NCBI GenBank assembly: GCA_045577035.1
Contig: JAZNHQ010000025.1
Location: forward strand, 1 to 61,097
Reading direction: 5' to 3'
Length of the DNA stretch: 61,097 bases
Source: Faecousia sp.
GTDB lineage: Bacteria > Bacillota > Clostridia > Oscillospirales > Oscillospiraceae
A program made the position numbers and the translations under genes. The notes beneath the pieces were generated by a model that ran no database searches, was not told where the DNA came from, and was given only the letters and a program-made list of their open reading frames with translations. Shown in pieces: positions 1-9,624 of the stretch; within the stretch, counting starts at the first letter, position 1; each line of letters starts with the position of its first letter.

Positions 1-1
1 C

Positions 2-1006
2 CTTCAGAGCCTTGCGGTAGTTCAAAATGGCAGTGGCGTCTAAGGAGGTGTTATGGGTCAGCTGAGCCATGGTAGACAGGCTGGTGCTCATGGACTTGGA
101 GATGGCGCGGCGGATACCGCTGAACTTTACGTCCTCGTAGGCGGGGCCGTCAGAAACCACAGTTTTGGCAGCAGCGGGAACGCCCTCAGCAATCAGCTTC
201 TGAACATCGCGCTCGATGATACGGCCATTGGGGCCGGTACCCACAGCCAGGGATGCATCCACACCGGCAGCCTTTGCCAGCTTGGCGGCTCTGGGAGATA
301 CGGGAGCGCCGGGCACGATCTGCGCAGCAGGTGCAGCGGTCTCAGCCACAGCTACGGGGGCAGCCTCGGGAGCAGCTTCAACTGCTGCGGGGGCTGCACC
401 GGGCTTCAGGCAGTCGGTGGGCTCGCCCTTGGGGCCAACGGCACAGACATTTTCCATGCAGGGAACTTCCTCGCCCTCTTCAAAGAAGATGGCCAGCAGC
501 TCACCCTCAGCAGTGGACTCACACTCGAAGGAAGCCTTGTCAGTTTCGTATGTAAACAGGATATCGCCGATCTTGATCTGGTCGCCTACCTGCTTCAGCC
601 ACTCACCAATGATGCAGCTTTCCACAGTGATACCGGCCTTGGGCATGATCACAGCCTGGGCCTTGGTATTGCAGGCAACAGGTGCAGCAGCTGCGGGAGC
701 AGCGGCGGCAGGTGCGGCAGCAGGTGCCTCAGCAGCACTGCCACCCTTCAAACCGGAGCAATCCTCACCGGGATTGCCAATGGCGCAGACGTTCACCAGG
801 CAGGGAACCTCGTCGCCCTCTTCGTAAAAGATTTCCAGCAAAGTACCCTCTGCTGTGGATTCACACTCGAAGGAAGCCTTATCTGTTTCGTAGGTGAACA
901 GGACATCACCGATTTTAACAGGATCGCCAACCTTCTTTTCCCATGTTCCGATAATACAGCTTTCCACTGTAATGCCCGCCTTGGGCATAATGACTGCGTT
1001 TGCCAA
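2..1006 (-). CDS. Dihydrolipoamide acyltransferase (E2) of a 2-oxoacid/acetoin dehydrogenase complex, two lipoyl domains; runs off the window edge
   Basis: Manual minus-strand translation from TTG at 1006 (RBS AAGGAGG): MANAVIMPKAGITVESC...YETDKASFECES occurs twice, with Ala/Pro linkers and an E3-binding domain SPRAAKLAKAAGVD...GTGPNGRIIERDV. Absent from the ORF track because there is no stop in the window. Confidence 0.9.
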   Translation of the reverse strand, partial: MANAVIMPKAGITVESCIIGTWEKKVGDPVKIGDVLFTYETDKASFECESTAEGTLLEIFYEEGDEVPCLVNVCAIGNPGEDCSGLKGGSAAEAPAAAPAAAAPAAAAPVACNTKAQAVIMPKAGITVESCIIGEWLKQVGDQIKIGDILFTYETDKASFECESTAEGELLAIFFEEGEEVPCMENVCAVGPKGEPTDCLKPGAAPAAVEAAPEAAPVAVAETAAPAAQIVPGAPVSPRAAKLAKAAGVDASLAVGTGPNGRIIERDVQKLIAEGVPAAAKTVVSDGPAYEDVKFSGIRRAISKSMSTSLSTMAQLTHNTSLDATAILNYRKALK

Positions 1007-1044
1007 GATAGATCCTCCTTAAGTTTATTTGTTAAGCTTTGTTA

Positions 1045-1074
1045 ATTATAACACGATGTAACATCGTTAGTCAA
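1045..1074 (-). promoter_or_regulatory. SigA promoter of the E2 gene with a palindromic operator in the spacer
   Basis: Minus strand TTGACT-18 bp-TATAAT; perfect 7-1-7 palindrome ACGATGT-A-ACATCGT at 1053-1067. Confidence 0.6.
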
Positions 1075-1084
1075 CATATTATTT

Positions 1085-1834
1085 CTACAAAAGTACCACA
1101 CCGGCAGCCTCTGCAGCCTGTACAAAATCATCAGGCATGGGCACATCGGAGATCAGATAGTCCACATCCTGGAATTTTGCAAAGGTATAGGGCATGAGGC
1201 ATTTAAGCTTATCTCTGCCGCACATAAGGACGCTTGTCCGCGCCTTTTGGATCACCATACGCTTGACCAGCATATCCCCTTCCGTGCCGCAGGTAAAGCC
1301 TGCATCCACACTGCAGCCGGACACGCCGATGAAAGCCATATCAATATTGATATTTTCCAGCATTTGCAGGGTGTTCTGCCCGGACAGGGCCAGGTTTTTC
1401 CGATTCATGGTGCCGCAGCACAGGGTAACCACCGGATTATGCAGCCGGCAAAGCTCCAAAGCAATGCTGGGGCCGGTGGTAAAAATGTTCAAATTAATGT
1501 CCGGCAAAGCCTGTGCCAGAGCCAGATTTGTGGTACTGGCATCCAGGAAGATAGCACTGTGTGGCTGCAGCAGCTCCAAAGCCTTCCGTGCCATTACATT
1601 CTTGCCGGGATTGTTGGCGTTCATGCGGATATTGAACTCCACATCCCCATCGTGGCGAACCGATTTTGCACCACCACGAATTTTTACCACAGTACCGGCT
1701 CTTTCCAGCGCATCCAGATCCCGGTGAATGGTCATCAGAGAGATCTCCGGAAATAAGGCCTGCAATTCCTTGATCGTCACCACATTTTTTTCTTCAATGT
1801 AGTTACGCATGTTCTCCTGTCGAATACTATACAT
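1085..1834 (-). CDS. DeoR/GlpR-family transcriptional regulator
   Basis: HTH SLMTIHRDLDALE...RGGA; sensor-domain motif IFLDASTT. Confidence 0.92.
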   Translation of the reverse strand: MYSIRQENMRNYIEEKNVVTIKELQALFPEISLMTIHRDLDALERAGTVVKIRGGAKSVRHDGDVEFNIRMNANNPGKNVMARKALELLQPHSAIFLDASTTNLALAQALPDINLNIFTTGPSIALELCRLHNPVVTLCCGTMNRKNLALSGQNTLQMLENINIDMAFIGVSGCSVDAGFTCGTEGDMLVKRMVIQKARTSVLMCGRDKLKCLMPYTFAKFQDVDYLISDVPMPDDFVQAAEAAGVVLL

Positions 1835-1981
1835 AGTGTTACCTCAAATGTTATGTTTTGTTATCAACAATCATAATATAACATCTTATCACAGGTCTTG
1901 TCAATTATTATTTCGCCAAAGATTGACGAAATTGAGATTTGTGCATATAATATTCCCAATCTGATAAGCAAGGGTGTATTT

Positions 1982-2968
1982 ATGATCAATACCATAAAAA
2001 TATACGAGGCTACAGGAGTAGATCCCCACGAGAATTTGGCTACGGAGCAGTATCTGTTGGAGCAACTGCAGCCGGGGATATGCATTCTGTATTTGTGGCA
2101 GAACCAAAACACCGTGGTCATCGGAAAGAATCAGAACACCTGGGCAGAGTGCCGGGTCTCCCTTTTGCAGCAAGAGGGCGGCAAGGTGGCACGGCGGCTG
2201 TCCGGCGGCGGTGCGGTGTTCCACGATTTGGGTAATCTGAATTTTACCTTTTTGGTAAGGGACGAAAACTACGATGTGGACAAGCAGCTGTCCGTCATCG
2301 CCCAGGCCTGCAAAATGGCCGGTATCAGCGTGGAGAAGTCCGGCAGAAATGATTTATTGACCGATGGCCGCAAGTTCTCCGGCAACGCCTTTTACCACAG
2401 CCAGGGCAATTCCTATCACCACGGCACATTGCTGATCGCATCCGAAATGGATAAGCTGCAGCGGTATCTGAGTCCCTCCAAAGCCAAGCTGGAAGCCAAG
2501 GGTGTCAGCTCTGTGCGCTCCCGGGTTGTGAATCTGACGGAGCTCGCCCCGAAACTGACTGTAGACGCCATGAAAGAAAACATGGCGCGCGCCTTTGAAA
2601 TCATTTACGGCTTAAAGGCAGAGCCGGTGATCCTGTCCCAGGATGATCAGCAAAGAATAGCTGAATTGGCTGAAAAGAACCGCAGCTGGGAGCATCTGTT
2701 TGGCACTCCCCTGCCCTTTACTTTCCAATGCGAGCAGCGATTCCCCTGGGGTGGTATCCAACTGGATATCCAGGCCAAGGGCGGCATTATCCAGGCTGTC
2801 AAGATCTATTCCGACGCCATGGACTGGCAGCTGCCCGGCATGATTGAAGCCGCTCTCACCGGCTGCCGCTTCTGCAAGGAAGATATGTGCAGCAGTTTAC
2901 AATCCGCCATTTCCGATCCGATCATCTATAATGACCTGCAAGCTATGATACAAGCGCTGGATATATAA
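1982..2968 (+). CDS. lplA: Lipoate-protein ligase A
   Basis: LYLWQNQNTVVIGKNQN, RRLSGGGAVFHDLGNLNF, GRNDL..DGRKFSGNA, HHGTLL, KGVSSVRSRV; start moved to ATG 1982. Confidence 0.93.
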   Translation: MINTIKIYEATGVDPHENLATEQYLLEQLQPGICILYLWQNQNTVVIGKNQNTWAECRVSLLQQEGGKVARRLSGGGAVFHDLGNLNFTFLVRDENYDVDKQLSVIAQACKMAGISVEKSGRNDLLTDGRKFSGNAFYHSQGNSYHHGTLLIASEMDKLQRYLSPSKAKLEAKGVSSVRSRVVNLTELAPKLTVDAMKENMARAFEIIYGLKAEPVILSQDDQQRIAELAEKNRSWEHLFGTPLPFTFQCEQRFPWGGIQLDIQAKGGIIQAVKIYSDAMDWQLPGMIEAALTGCRFCKEDMCSSLQSAISDPIIYNDLQAMIQALDI

Positions 2969-2971
2969 AAT

Positions 2972-3003
2972 AAGTGCAAGGTGAATCCACCTTGCACTTT
3001 TTT
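2972..3003. terminator. Bidirectional intrinsic terminator between convergent genes
   Basis: AAGTGCAAGGTG-aatc-CACCTTGCACTT followed by a T-run. Confidence 0.8.
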
Positions 3004-3004
3004 A

Positions 3005-3949
3005 TCAAATTTCAATTTGGTCAATGACGGAGCGGAGCTTGGCGGCGCTGGCTTGCAGCTTGGCAATCTCTTCCTCGGTCAGAGTGCTGAGGATCTTGCC
3101 GCGAACACCGTCGCGATCCACGATATTCAGCACGGACAGACACACATCCTCCACGCCGTATTCTCCATGCATCATGGTAGACACAGTCAGCGCCGTACCT
3201 GCACCGGAGTAAATGCACTTACAAATATGGCACACGGACATGGACACCGCAAAGAAGGTAGCGCCCTTATTTTCAATAATCAGGCCACCGGATTTCTTGA
3301 CGAACTGCTCCACTTCCTCATATTCCTGATTCCACTCGATCCGAGCCTTATCGGGAGAGGTTTCCTTATAGGTATCAATATGGTTATTGGCAATATGCGC
3401 CAAGGACCAGGGAACAAAGGAGCTGTCACCGTGTTCGCCATATACATGGGCGTGGACATTCTTGGGGCTGATATAGAAACGCTTAGCCAGCTCCGACTGC
3501 AGACGGCTGGTATCCAAAATGGTGCCGGAGCCGATAATCTGATTTTCGGGCAGGCCGGAGATCTTAGTGAACACATAGGTCAGTACATCCACCGGGTTGG
3601 AAACGATCACATAGATGGCATTGGGGGCAACCGCCACCACATTTTTGGCCACATCCTTCAGGATGTTCACATTTGTCTGTGCCAGATCCAGGCGGGTCAT
3701 ACCCGGCTTTCTTGCAATACCGCAGGTGATCACAACAATGTCAGATTCCGCTGTATCCGCATAGTCTCCGGAACGAACAATGGCAGGAGAATGGAACGGC
3801 GCACCCTGGTAAATATCCGGTGCCTCGCCCACCGCCTTTTTTTTATTTACATCTACCAAAACGATCTCAGAGGCTACGCCCTGGATCATCAGGTCATTGG
3901 CAACAGTAGCGCCTACGCTGCCGGCACCGATCACACTAATCTTGCTCAT
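3005..3949 (-). CDS. LDH/MDH-family NAD-dependent dehydrogenase; Arg at the substrate-specificity position suggests malate dehydrogenase
   Basis: GAGSVG Rossmann motif, GIARKPGMTRLDL loop, SNPVD, GSGTILDTSR, YGEHGDS. Confidence 0.88.
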   Translation of the reverse strand: MSKISVIGAGSVGATVANDLMIQGVASEIVLVDVNKKKAVGEAPDIYQGAPFHSPAIVRSGDYADTAESDIVVITCGIARKPGMTRLDLAQTNVNILKDVAKNVVAVAPNAIYVIVSNPVDVLTYVFTKISGLPENQIIGSGTILDTSRLQSELAKRFYISPKNVHAHVYGEHGDSSFVPWSLAHIANNHIDTYKETSPDKARIEWNQEYEEVEQFVKKSGGLIIENKGATFFAVSMSVCHICKCIYSGAGTALTVSTMMHGEYGVEDVCLSVLNIVDRDGVRGKILSTLTEEEIAKLQASAAKLRSVIDQIEI

Positions 3950-4131
3950 ATTTCATCTCTCCTTTTTTATGCAAAATGACGGTCAGAATCATTTTGTATC
4001 AATACCATTATATCGTCTCCACGCGTTAAATCAACATGGGATTTCGTTGAATTTTAACATTCTAAGACAAGCCATTTCTGTCATTCTGACGAAGACAAAC
4101 GACATTGCTTTGAAATGTCGAATTTAAGCAT

Positions 4132-4176
4132 AAAAAATCGCTCCCCAGGGCATTTGCGCCTTGGAGAGCGGGCTTT
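4132..4176 (-). terminator. Probable intrinsic terminator after aspA
   Basis: CGCTCCCCAGGGC...GCCTTGGAGAGCG imperfect stem flanked by an A-run (U-run on the minus strand). Confidence 0.6.
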
Positions 4177-4182
4177 ATTTAC

Positions 4183-5598
4183 TTATTTGCCTGCTACGCC
4201 GGGCTGGGTCATGGAGTATACATCCAGTACCCTGGCGGCCTCCTCCTGAGTCAAAATGTTCTTCTCGATCAGCAGCGTGCGAATGGGGATACGCTTGCTC
4301 AGTGCTTCCTTGGCAAGGGTGGCTGCCTGGGCATAGCCGATATAGGGACACAGGGCGGTGACGATGCCTACGCTGGCATTGAGCAGCTCGTTGCAGCGCT
4401 CTTCGTTGGCGGTGATGCCATCCACGCAGTTGACGGTGAAGGTATCCACTGCACGATCCAGCATTTTAATGGACTGGAACAGGGCTTCAAACACCACAGG
4501 CTCAAAGGCGTTCAGTTCGAACTGACCGGCTTCCACAGCCATGGAAACGGTCACATCGTTGCCCATAATTCGGAACGCCACCTGGTTTACCACCTCGGGG
4601 ATCACAGGATTGACCTTGCCGGGCATAATGGAAGAGCCGTTCTGACGGGCAGGCAGGTTGATCTCACCGAAGCCGGTCTTGGGACCGGAGGACATGAGCC
4701 GCAGATCGTTGGCGATTTTGGACAGTGCCAAAGAGCAATCCTTTACGGCGCTGGACACAGCGGCAAAGCCGTCAATATTCTGGGTGCCGTCGATCATATC
4801 CTCTGCCTGGTGGAAGGGGAACCCTGTCAGCTCTGCCAGGATCTGGGTCACATGGTCAAAATAATCTCTGTCGGCGTTGATACCGGTGCCGATGGCAGTA
4901 CCGCCGATGTTCACCGGGTACATTTCCTTCTGCACACCCTTGATGCGGTTCAGTCCACGCAAAACAGCGGTGGCATAGGCGCCGAATTCCTGACCCAAAC
5001 GCACAGGTACAGCGTCCTGCAGCTGGGTTCTGCCCATCTTAATGATGGAATCGAACTCCTTAGCCTTACGGCAGAAAGATGCATACAGCCCTTCCAGGCT
5101 GGCGATCAGTCCCTGCAGCAGCACCAAAGTGGTCATCTTACCGGCGGTGGGAACGATATCGTTGGTGGACTGGCCGCAGTTTACATGGTCATTGGGATGC
5201 ACCAGGCTGTAGTCGCCCAGCACACCGCCCAGCTTGCGAATAGCCACATTGGCAATGACCTCGTTCACATTCATGTTCATAGAGGTACCTGCACCGCCCT
5301 GGATAGGGTCTACGATAAACTGATCGTGATAGTCACCGGCGCAAATATCATCGCAGGCGGCAATAATGGCATCGGCAATGGCAGGCTCCAGAGCGCCAGC
5401 CGCCTTATTGGCCATAGCACAGGCCTTTTTCAAAAGTGCCAGAGAGTCGATCATTTCCCGGCGCATTTTCAGACCGGTGATGGTAAAGTTCTCCATAGCA
5501 CGCAGAGACTGCACGCCGTAATAAGCCTGGGCAGGTACATCCTTCTTGCCGATGGAGTCACTCTCCATGCGCATATTGTTTTGCTTCATCATTTCCAT
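4183..5598 (-). CDS. aspA: Aspartate ammonia-lyase (fumarase/aspartase family)
   Basis: YYGVQSLRAMENF, QGGAGTSMNMN.NEVIAN, HPNDHVNCGQSTND, KMGRTQLQDAVP, GSSIMPGKVNPVIPE, GQFELNAFEP; start moved to 5598. Confidence 0.9.
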   Translation of the reverse strand: MEMMKQNNMRMESDSIGKKDVPAQAYYGVQSLRAMENFTITGLKMRREMIDSLALLKKACAMANKAAGALEPAIADAIIAACDDICAGDYHDQFIVDPIQGGAGTSMNMNVNEVIANVAIRKLGGVLGDYSLVHPNDHVNCGQSTNDIVPTAGKMTTLVLLQGLIASLEGLYASFCRKAKEFDSIIKMGRTQLQDAVPVRLGQEFGAYATAVLRGLNRIKGVQKEMYPVNIGGTAIGTGINADRDYFDHVTQILAELTGFPFHQAEDMIDGTQNIDGFAAVSSAVKDCSLALSKIANDLRLMSSGPKTGFGEINLPARQNGSSIMPGKVNPVIPEVVNQVAFRIMGNDVTVSMAVEAGQFELNAFEPVVFEALFQSIKMLDRAVDTFTVNCVDGITANEERCNELLNASVGIVTALCPYIGYAQAATLAKEALSKRIPIRTLLIEKNILTQEEAARVLDVYSMTQPGVAGK

Positions 5599-5768
5599 AG
5601 CTAACACCCCAAAATATGTATTCATTTTCCAAACCCTATGGAGTATAGCACCATTTATAAGTATAATCAAATACCTATAATTATATAATGATTATAATAT
5701 ATATGTTATATTTATATTGACTTATGCGCTGGGCTCATGCTATGATACAAAGGAAAGGAAGTGTGGAT

Positions 5769-6731
5769 ATGGAAGATCTATTCAGCCACCGGGAGCTGGT
5801 ATATACCATTTATCAAGAGAAGAGCTTTTCCAGAGCCGCGCAGAAATTATTTATTGCGCAGCCCTCATTAAGTCTGACCATAAAGAAGCTGGAACAAAAG
5901 ATCGGTATGCCCCTGTTTGACCGCACCACCAAGCCCATCACCTTAACAGAAGCCGGAGCGCAATATATTGCCGCTGTAGAATCCATTCATCAAGTGGAGG
6001 ATTCCTTTGACAGCTATCTGCGCTCTGTGAATAATCTGGAAGCAGGTTCTCTGGGCATTGGCAGCAATCAGCTATTATCCTCCCTGGTACTGCCCCGGTA
6101 TATCTCTGCTTTCACGCAGAAATACCCTGGCATTCACTTGTCTTTGTTGGACGCCAACTCCACCACTCTGGAAAACGAGATCACTGCCGGTCATCTGGAC
6201 ATGGTCATTGACAACCATGTATTGCCCGACGACGTGTTTGAACGAAGACTGCTGTCCACAGAACGATTGTTCCTGGCAGTTCCCAAAACCTTTGCCCAGT
6301 GCAAAGGGTTAGAAAGCTACCAGCTTACATATGCGCAAATTATGGAAGGCAGCCCTTGTCTGAATCCGGTGCCGTTGGAAAATTTTTCTCAAGTACCTTT
6401 CATTCTGATGAATCGGGATAACGATGCCCGCAAACATACCAACGCTATTTTCCAGGAAACCGGCTTTTGCCCAAGAGTCCTGTTTGAAATGGATCGACTG
6501 GCTACTCTATATTCCTATGTGGAAATGGGGACGGCCGCCTCAGTGGTCAGTGACACGCTGATCAAAAACATTCGAGGCATTGATCAAAGCCGTATTGTGT
6601 TCTATCCCCTGCCCACGCAGCATGCACAGCGGGAAATCTTCATATCCTATAAGCGCAACAAATTCCGCTCCAAGGCCATGGAAATATTCATGGACAGCCT
6701 GGAAAACCTAACAGAAAAAACAGCCTGCTAA
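5769..6731 (+). CDS. LysR-family regulator, divergent from aspA
   Basis: SFSRAAQKLFIAQPSLSLTIKKLEQKIG..LFDR HTH; RBS AAGGAAG before ATG 5769. Confidence 0.92.
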   Translation: MEDLFSHRELVYTIYQEKSFSRAAQKLFIAQPSLSLTIKKLEQKIGMPLFDRTTKPITLTEAGAQYIAAVESIHQVEDSFDSYLRSVNNLEAGSLGIGSNQLLSSLVLPRYISAFTQKYPGIHLSLLDANSTTLENEITAGHLDMVIDNHVLPDDVFERRLLSTERLFLAVPKTFAQCKGLESYQLTYAQIMEGSPCLNPVPLENFSQVPFILMNRDNDARKHTNAIFQETGFCPRVLFEMDRLATLYSYVEMGTAASVVSDTLIKNIRGIDQSRIVFYPLPTQHAQREIFISYKRNKFRSKAMEIFMDSLENLTEKTAC

Positions 6732-6732
6732 A

Positions 6733-7008
6733 GGCCGGTGCACCATAGTGATAAACCGGTTTTGAACGACCCCTTTCCTGCAATATCGCACAAAAAATTC
6801 CCGAAATGCGTCAGCATTCCGGGAATTTTGTTGTTTATCTTGCAGAAAAGTTGTCACTTCAAAACTGCGTTGCACCTAGAAAAGGCGGAGATTCGCGCCA
6901 ATCAAGGCAAAAAGCACAGGAATCCTTTGTGGATTGCGAGCATTTTTAACGCAGATTGGTGCGGATAAACGCCTTTTCTAGGCGATTTATCACTGTGGCG
7001 CACCGGCC
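6733..7008. mobile_element. MITE-like non-autonomous element (276 bp) with 23-bp terminal inverted repeats
   Basis: Left end GGCCGGTGCACCATAGTGATAAA (6733-6755) and reverse complement of 6986-7008, GGCCGGTGCGCCACAGTGATAAA, match at 21/23; AA flanks both sides; internal hairpins; no credible coding capacity. Confidence 0.7.
6875..6982. repeat. Long nested stem-loop inside the MITE, resembling from memory the Clostridiales-1 repeat/RNA motif
   Basis: Nested pairs CCTAGAAAAGGCG/CGCCTTTTCTAGG, GCGCCAATC/GATTGGTGC, AAAAAGC/GCATTTTT and AATCC/GGATT. Confidence 0.5.
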
Positions 7009-7036
7009 AAGAGGGTGATCTTTTTTTGTTACGATA

Positions 7037-7762
7037 TTAAGGATGCTCCACTGCGAAATCCACAGAGGCATCGGTGATATAGCCGGTCAACTCCTGGATA
7101 TCACCAACACGGAAAGCCAGGTGTTTTCCGTATTTGCTGCTGTCAAATAAAAAGAACTGCCGCTTGGAATTACGGATCATCAGCTTACGCAGTACGGTTT
7201 CTTGTTCAGACTGATCGGAAATGATGCCGTTTTCATCAATGCCCTGGGAAGAGAAGAAGCAGATATTGGCATAGAACTCACCAATGCTCCGTTCGGCCAG
7301 ACTGCCCACCAGCGCATAAGAGTTTTCCACAGGCAGACCGCCGGTCAGATAGCAGCGGATATGTTTCTCTTTGAGTCGTTCAGTTACCAGGGTACTGTTA
7401 GTGATAACGGTTATATTTTGCTCAGGAGTGAGGAATTCCGCAATACGGCTGACAGTGGAGGAGGCATCTAAAAAAACAACATCTCCAACTTTTATCAGCT
7501 TGGCTGCCTTTTTTGCAAGCTGTGCCTTTGCCAGGGAATTGCTCTGGTTGCGGATCTCGAAAGGAACTTCCCGGTTCTCGTAATCCGGAACTGTGGCACC
7601 ACCAAAGCACCGGTGGATCAATCCGGCATGTTCCATGGCGGACAGGTCTCTGCGAATGGTAATGGGGGCAACACAAAGGCTTTGTGACAGATAGTTGACA
7701 GTGCAGTATTTGCGGTTTTTGATGATTTCCAGTATTTTATCTTGTCTTTCTTTGATGATCAT
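7037..7762 (-). CDS. DeoR/GlpR-family transcriptional regulator
   Basis: ITIRRDLSAME...GGA HTH; VFLDASSTV; ITVITNS. Confidence 0.92.
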   Translation of the reverse strand: MIIKERQDKILEIIKNRKYCTVNYLSQSLCVAPITIRRDLSAMEHAGLIHRCFGGATVPDYENREVPFEIRNQSNSLAKAQLAKKAAKLIKVGDVVFLDASSTVSRIAEFLTPEQNITVITNSTLVTERLKEKHIRCYLTGGLPVENSYALVGSLAERSIGEFYANICFFSSQGIDENGIISDQSEQETVLRKLMIRNSKRQFFLFDSSKYGKHLAFRVGDIQELTGYITDASVDFAVEHP

Positions 7763-7942
7763 TTCTGCTCCTCTTTGTTCGTTTTGGAATAAGATTCTGT
7801 TTTCGTATCAATTATTTGGGCATTGGTTGACTTGTAAAAGTTCTTTTTTATAATAATAGCATAGAATATGATCGAAGTCAAATAAGGAGAAATCGCAATA
7901 AGATTCGCAAGAATGCAAATACTGAAGCTATGAGGTGTTGGC

Positions 7943-8746
7943 ATGGTAAATAAAGACGAATGTAGAAATGAGATCCTGCGGGACGAGGCAGACCGATTTG
8001 CCGCAGAGCAGTATGTCAGTAGCGGTTACTATCTGCATTTCCACAGAAATGTTGAGATTTACGGTGTAGTCAAGGGAAAGGTTTGCGTGACCGTTGCCGA
8101 TCAGCAATGCAACTTGTCCGATGGGCAGATTGCCATCATCGACGGACTGGAAAATCACAGCTATGAGATCGACGGCGAAGCATAGGTTTTCTTCTTCCAT
8201 ATTGGCACCCAGTATCTGAGTAATGTGCACTCCCTGTATCCCAAGAAACGCTTGCCTTATTGGCTTCTGGATACGGAGTATAATGAATCTCTCTATGCGC
8301 AGATCGAGCCTTTGCTTAATATGGACAAAACGGTGTCTGAGCTGAAGCGGATCGGCATTGTCTGTCAGCTGTTTTCGGATATTATTGAGCATTACGGTGT
8401 TGTGGAAAGAACCGATAATGTTGGCGGTAATTCCGATATTGTTACAGAGATCATTCAATACATCTACGATCATTACAATGAAGTAATTACACTGGAAACC
8501 CTATCCAAGGTGTTCTATATTTCTCCCAAAGCATTAAGCAAAAAGATTCGAAAACGCCTAAATGTGGATTTGCGTGTATTTGTAAACGATGTTCGTGTTC
8601 AGCGGGCAGTAGAAATGCGAAATGATCCTCAGCATAAAGGGAAGACCCTTGCTGAAATTGCCAGTATGTGCGGATTTGCGAACATGGGCACATTCTACCG
8701 CAGCTATGAAAGAAACTTTAAATTCGCAAAACTCAATGATAAATAA
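7943..8746 (+). pseudogene. AraC-family regulator (cupin + HTH) interrupted by an in-frame TAG at 8183-8185
   Basis: ORFs 7943-8185 and 8225-8746 share a frame; cupin LHFHRNVEI...ENHSY upstream and HTH LAEIASMCGFANMGTFYRSY downstream; either a nonsense mutation or a sequencing error. Confidence 0.75.
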
Positions 8747-8748
8747 GG

Positions 8749-8787
8749 AAAAGGTGCAGATAACTGTCAAAGTTATCTGCACCTTTT
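8749..8787. terminator. Bidirectional terminator
   Basis: AAAAGGTGCAGATAACT-gtcaa-AGTTATCTGCACCTTTT between convergent genes. Confidence 0.85.
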
Positions 8788-8790
8788 GTT

Positions 8791-9624
8791 TTATAGAGCC
8801 ATTTCCGCATTTGCTCGAAATTTTCCGGGGGAGATACCGATGTTGCGGCGAAATGCCGTGGAGAAATAGTTGATATTAGTATAGCCGCACATTTGTGCAA
8901 CAGTGCTGATGGGCAGTTCTGTGGTCTTTAATAGGTTTTTGGCTTGATTGAGGCGAATCTCCGTGATAAATACCTGCGGAGATTTCCCTGTGTGTTGCTT
9001 AAACAAATGCTGTACAGTAGATTCAGAACAGGCGCAAGCCTGCGCAATACTGCGAACGGATAGCTCCTCCATAAAGTGATACTGCACATAGGCCAACAGG
9101 GAATCGAACATAGAGCTTTTGGTTTGGATCACCGGAATATCCGCCAGCATCATTTGCAAAAGTCGCAGCATATGGCACAGCGGCTTAATCAAGGTAGTCA
9201 AGCTTGTCAGATCTTCCTTTTCGTGTTTAAGACTATTGTTATACACACGCATCAGAGCGGACCGCTTCAAATAGAACTCATCAGACAATTGGTTGATCCG
9301 CTCTGTGGCACGCTCTTTATCTATGCCGTATCCACTGACACTGACAAAGGTTTTTTCATTGACGAAGAATACATACTCCTCCATACCGGCATAACACATT
9401 CCGAAAAGACATCCCTTTTTGTGCTGCTGAAAGACTTTTTGTTGGCACCGGACACATTTATGCCATGCCGCACTGTCTGTTTTTACCAGGGTACAAAAGG
9501 GGCTTCTGTGTATATTATGCTCCAGCAAACCGCCGATGCCTTTCCCGTGGACGCTGACATACAGTCCCATATCGTTCAAATAGGATATGTATTGATCAAT
9601 ATCACAAATTAATTGTGCTTTCAT
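8791..9624 (-). CDS. AraC-family regulator with a PocR-like Cys-rich sensory domain
   Basis: HRSPFCTLVK...CVRCQ...GMCYAGMEE; C-terminal IRLNQAKNLL...VAQMCGYTNINYFSTAFRR. Confidence 0.88.
   Translation of the reverse strand: MKAQLICDIDQYISYLNDMGLYVSVHGKGIGGLLEHNIHRSPFCTLVKTDSAAWHKCVRCQQKVFQQHKKGCLFGMCYAGMEEYVFFVNEKTFVSVSGYGIDKERATERINQLSDEFYLKRSALMRVYNNSLKHEKEDLTSLTTLIKPLCHMLRLLQMMLADIPVIQTKSSMFDSLLAYVQYHFMEELSVRSIAQACACSESTVQHLFKQHTGKSPQVFITEIRLNQAKNLLKTTELPISTVAQMCGYTNINYFSTAFRRNIGISPGKFRANAEMAL

Noticed and set aside
53-1045. 330-aa and 203-aa plus-strand ORFs
   Set aside because: Antisense shadows of the minus-strand E2 gene, which has the RBS and family motifs
6738-6968. 76-aa ORF inside the MITE as a transposase remnant
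   Set aside because: No DDE or HUH motifs and no RBS; the sequence is explained by inverted repeats
8183-8185. Amber recoding (pyrrolysine or an alternative genetic code)
   Set aside because: TAG is a genuine stop for other genes here (1085-1087, 25097-25099); no pyl genes; single instance
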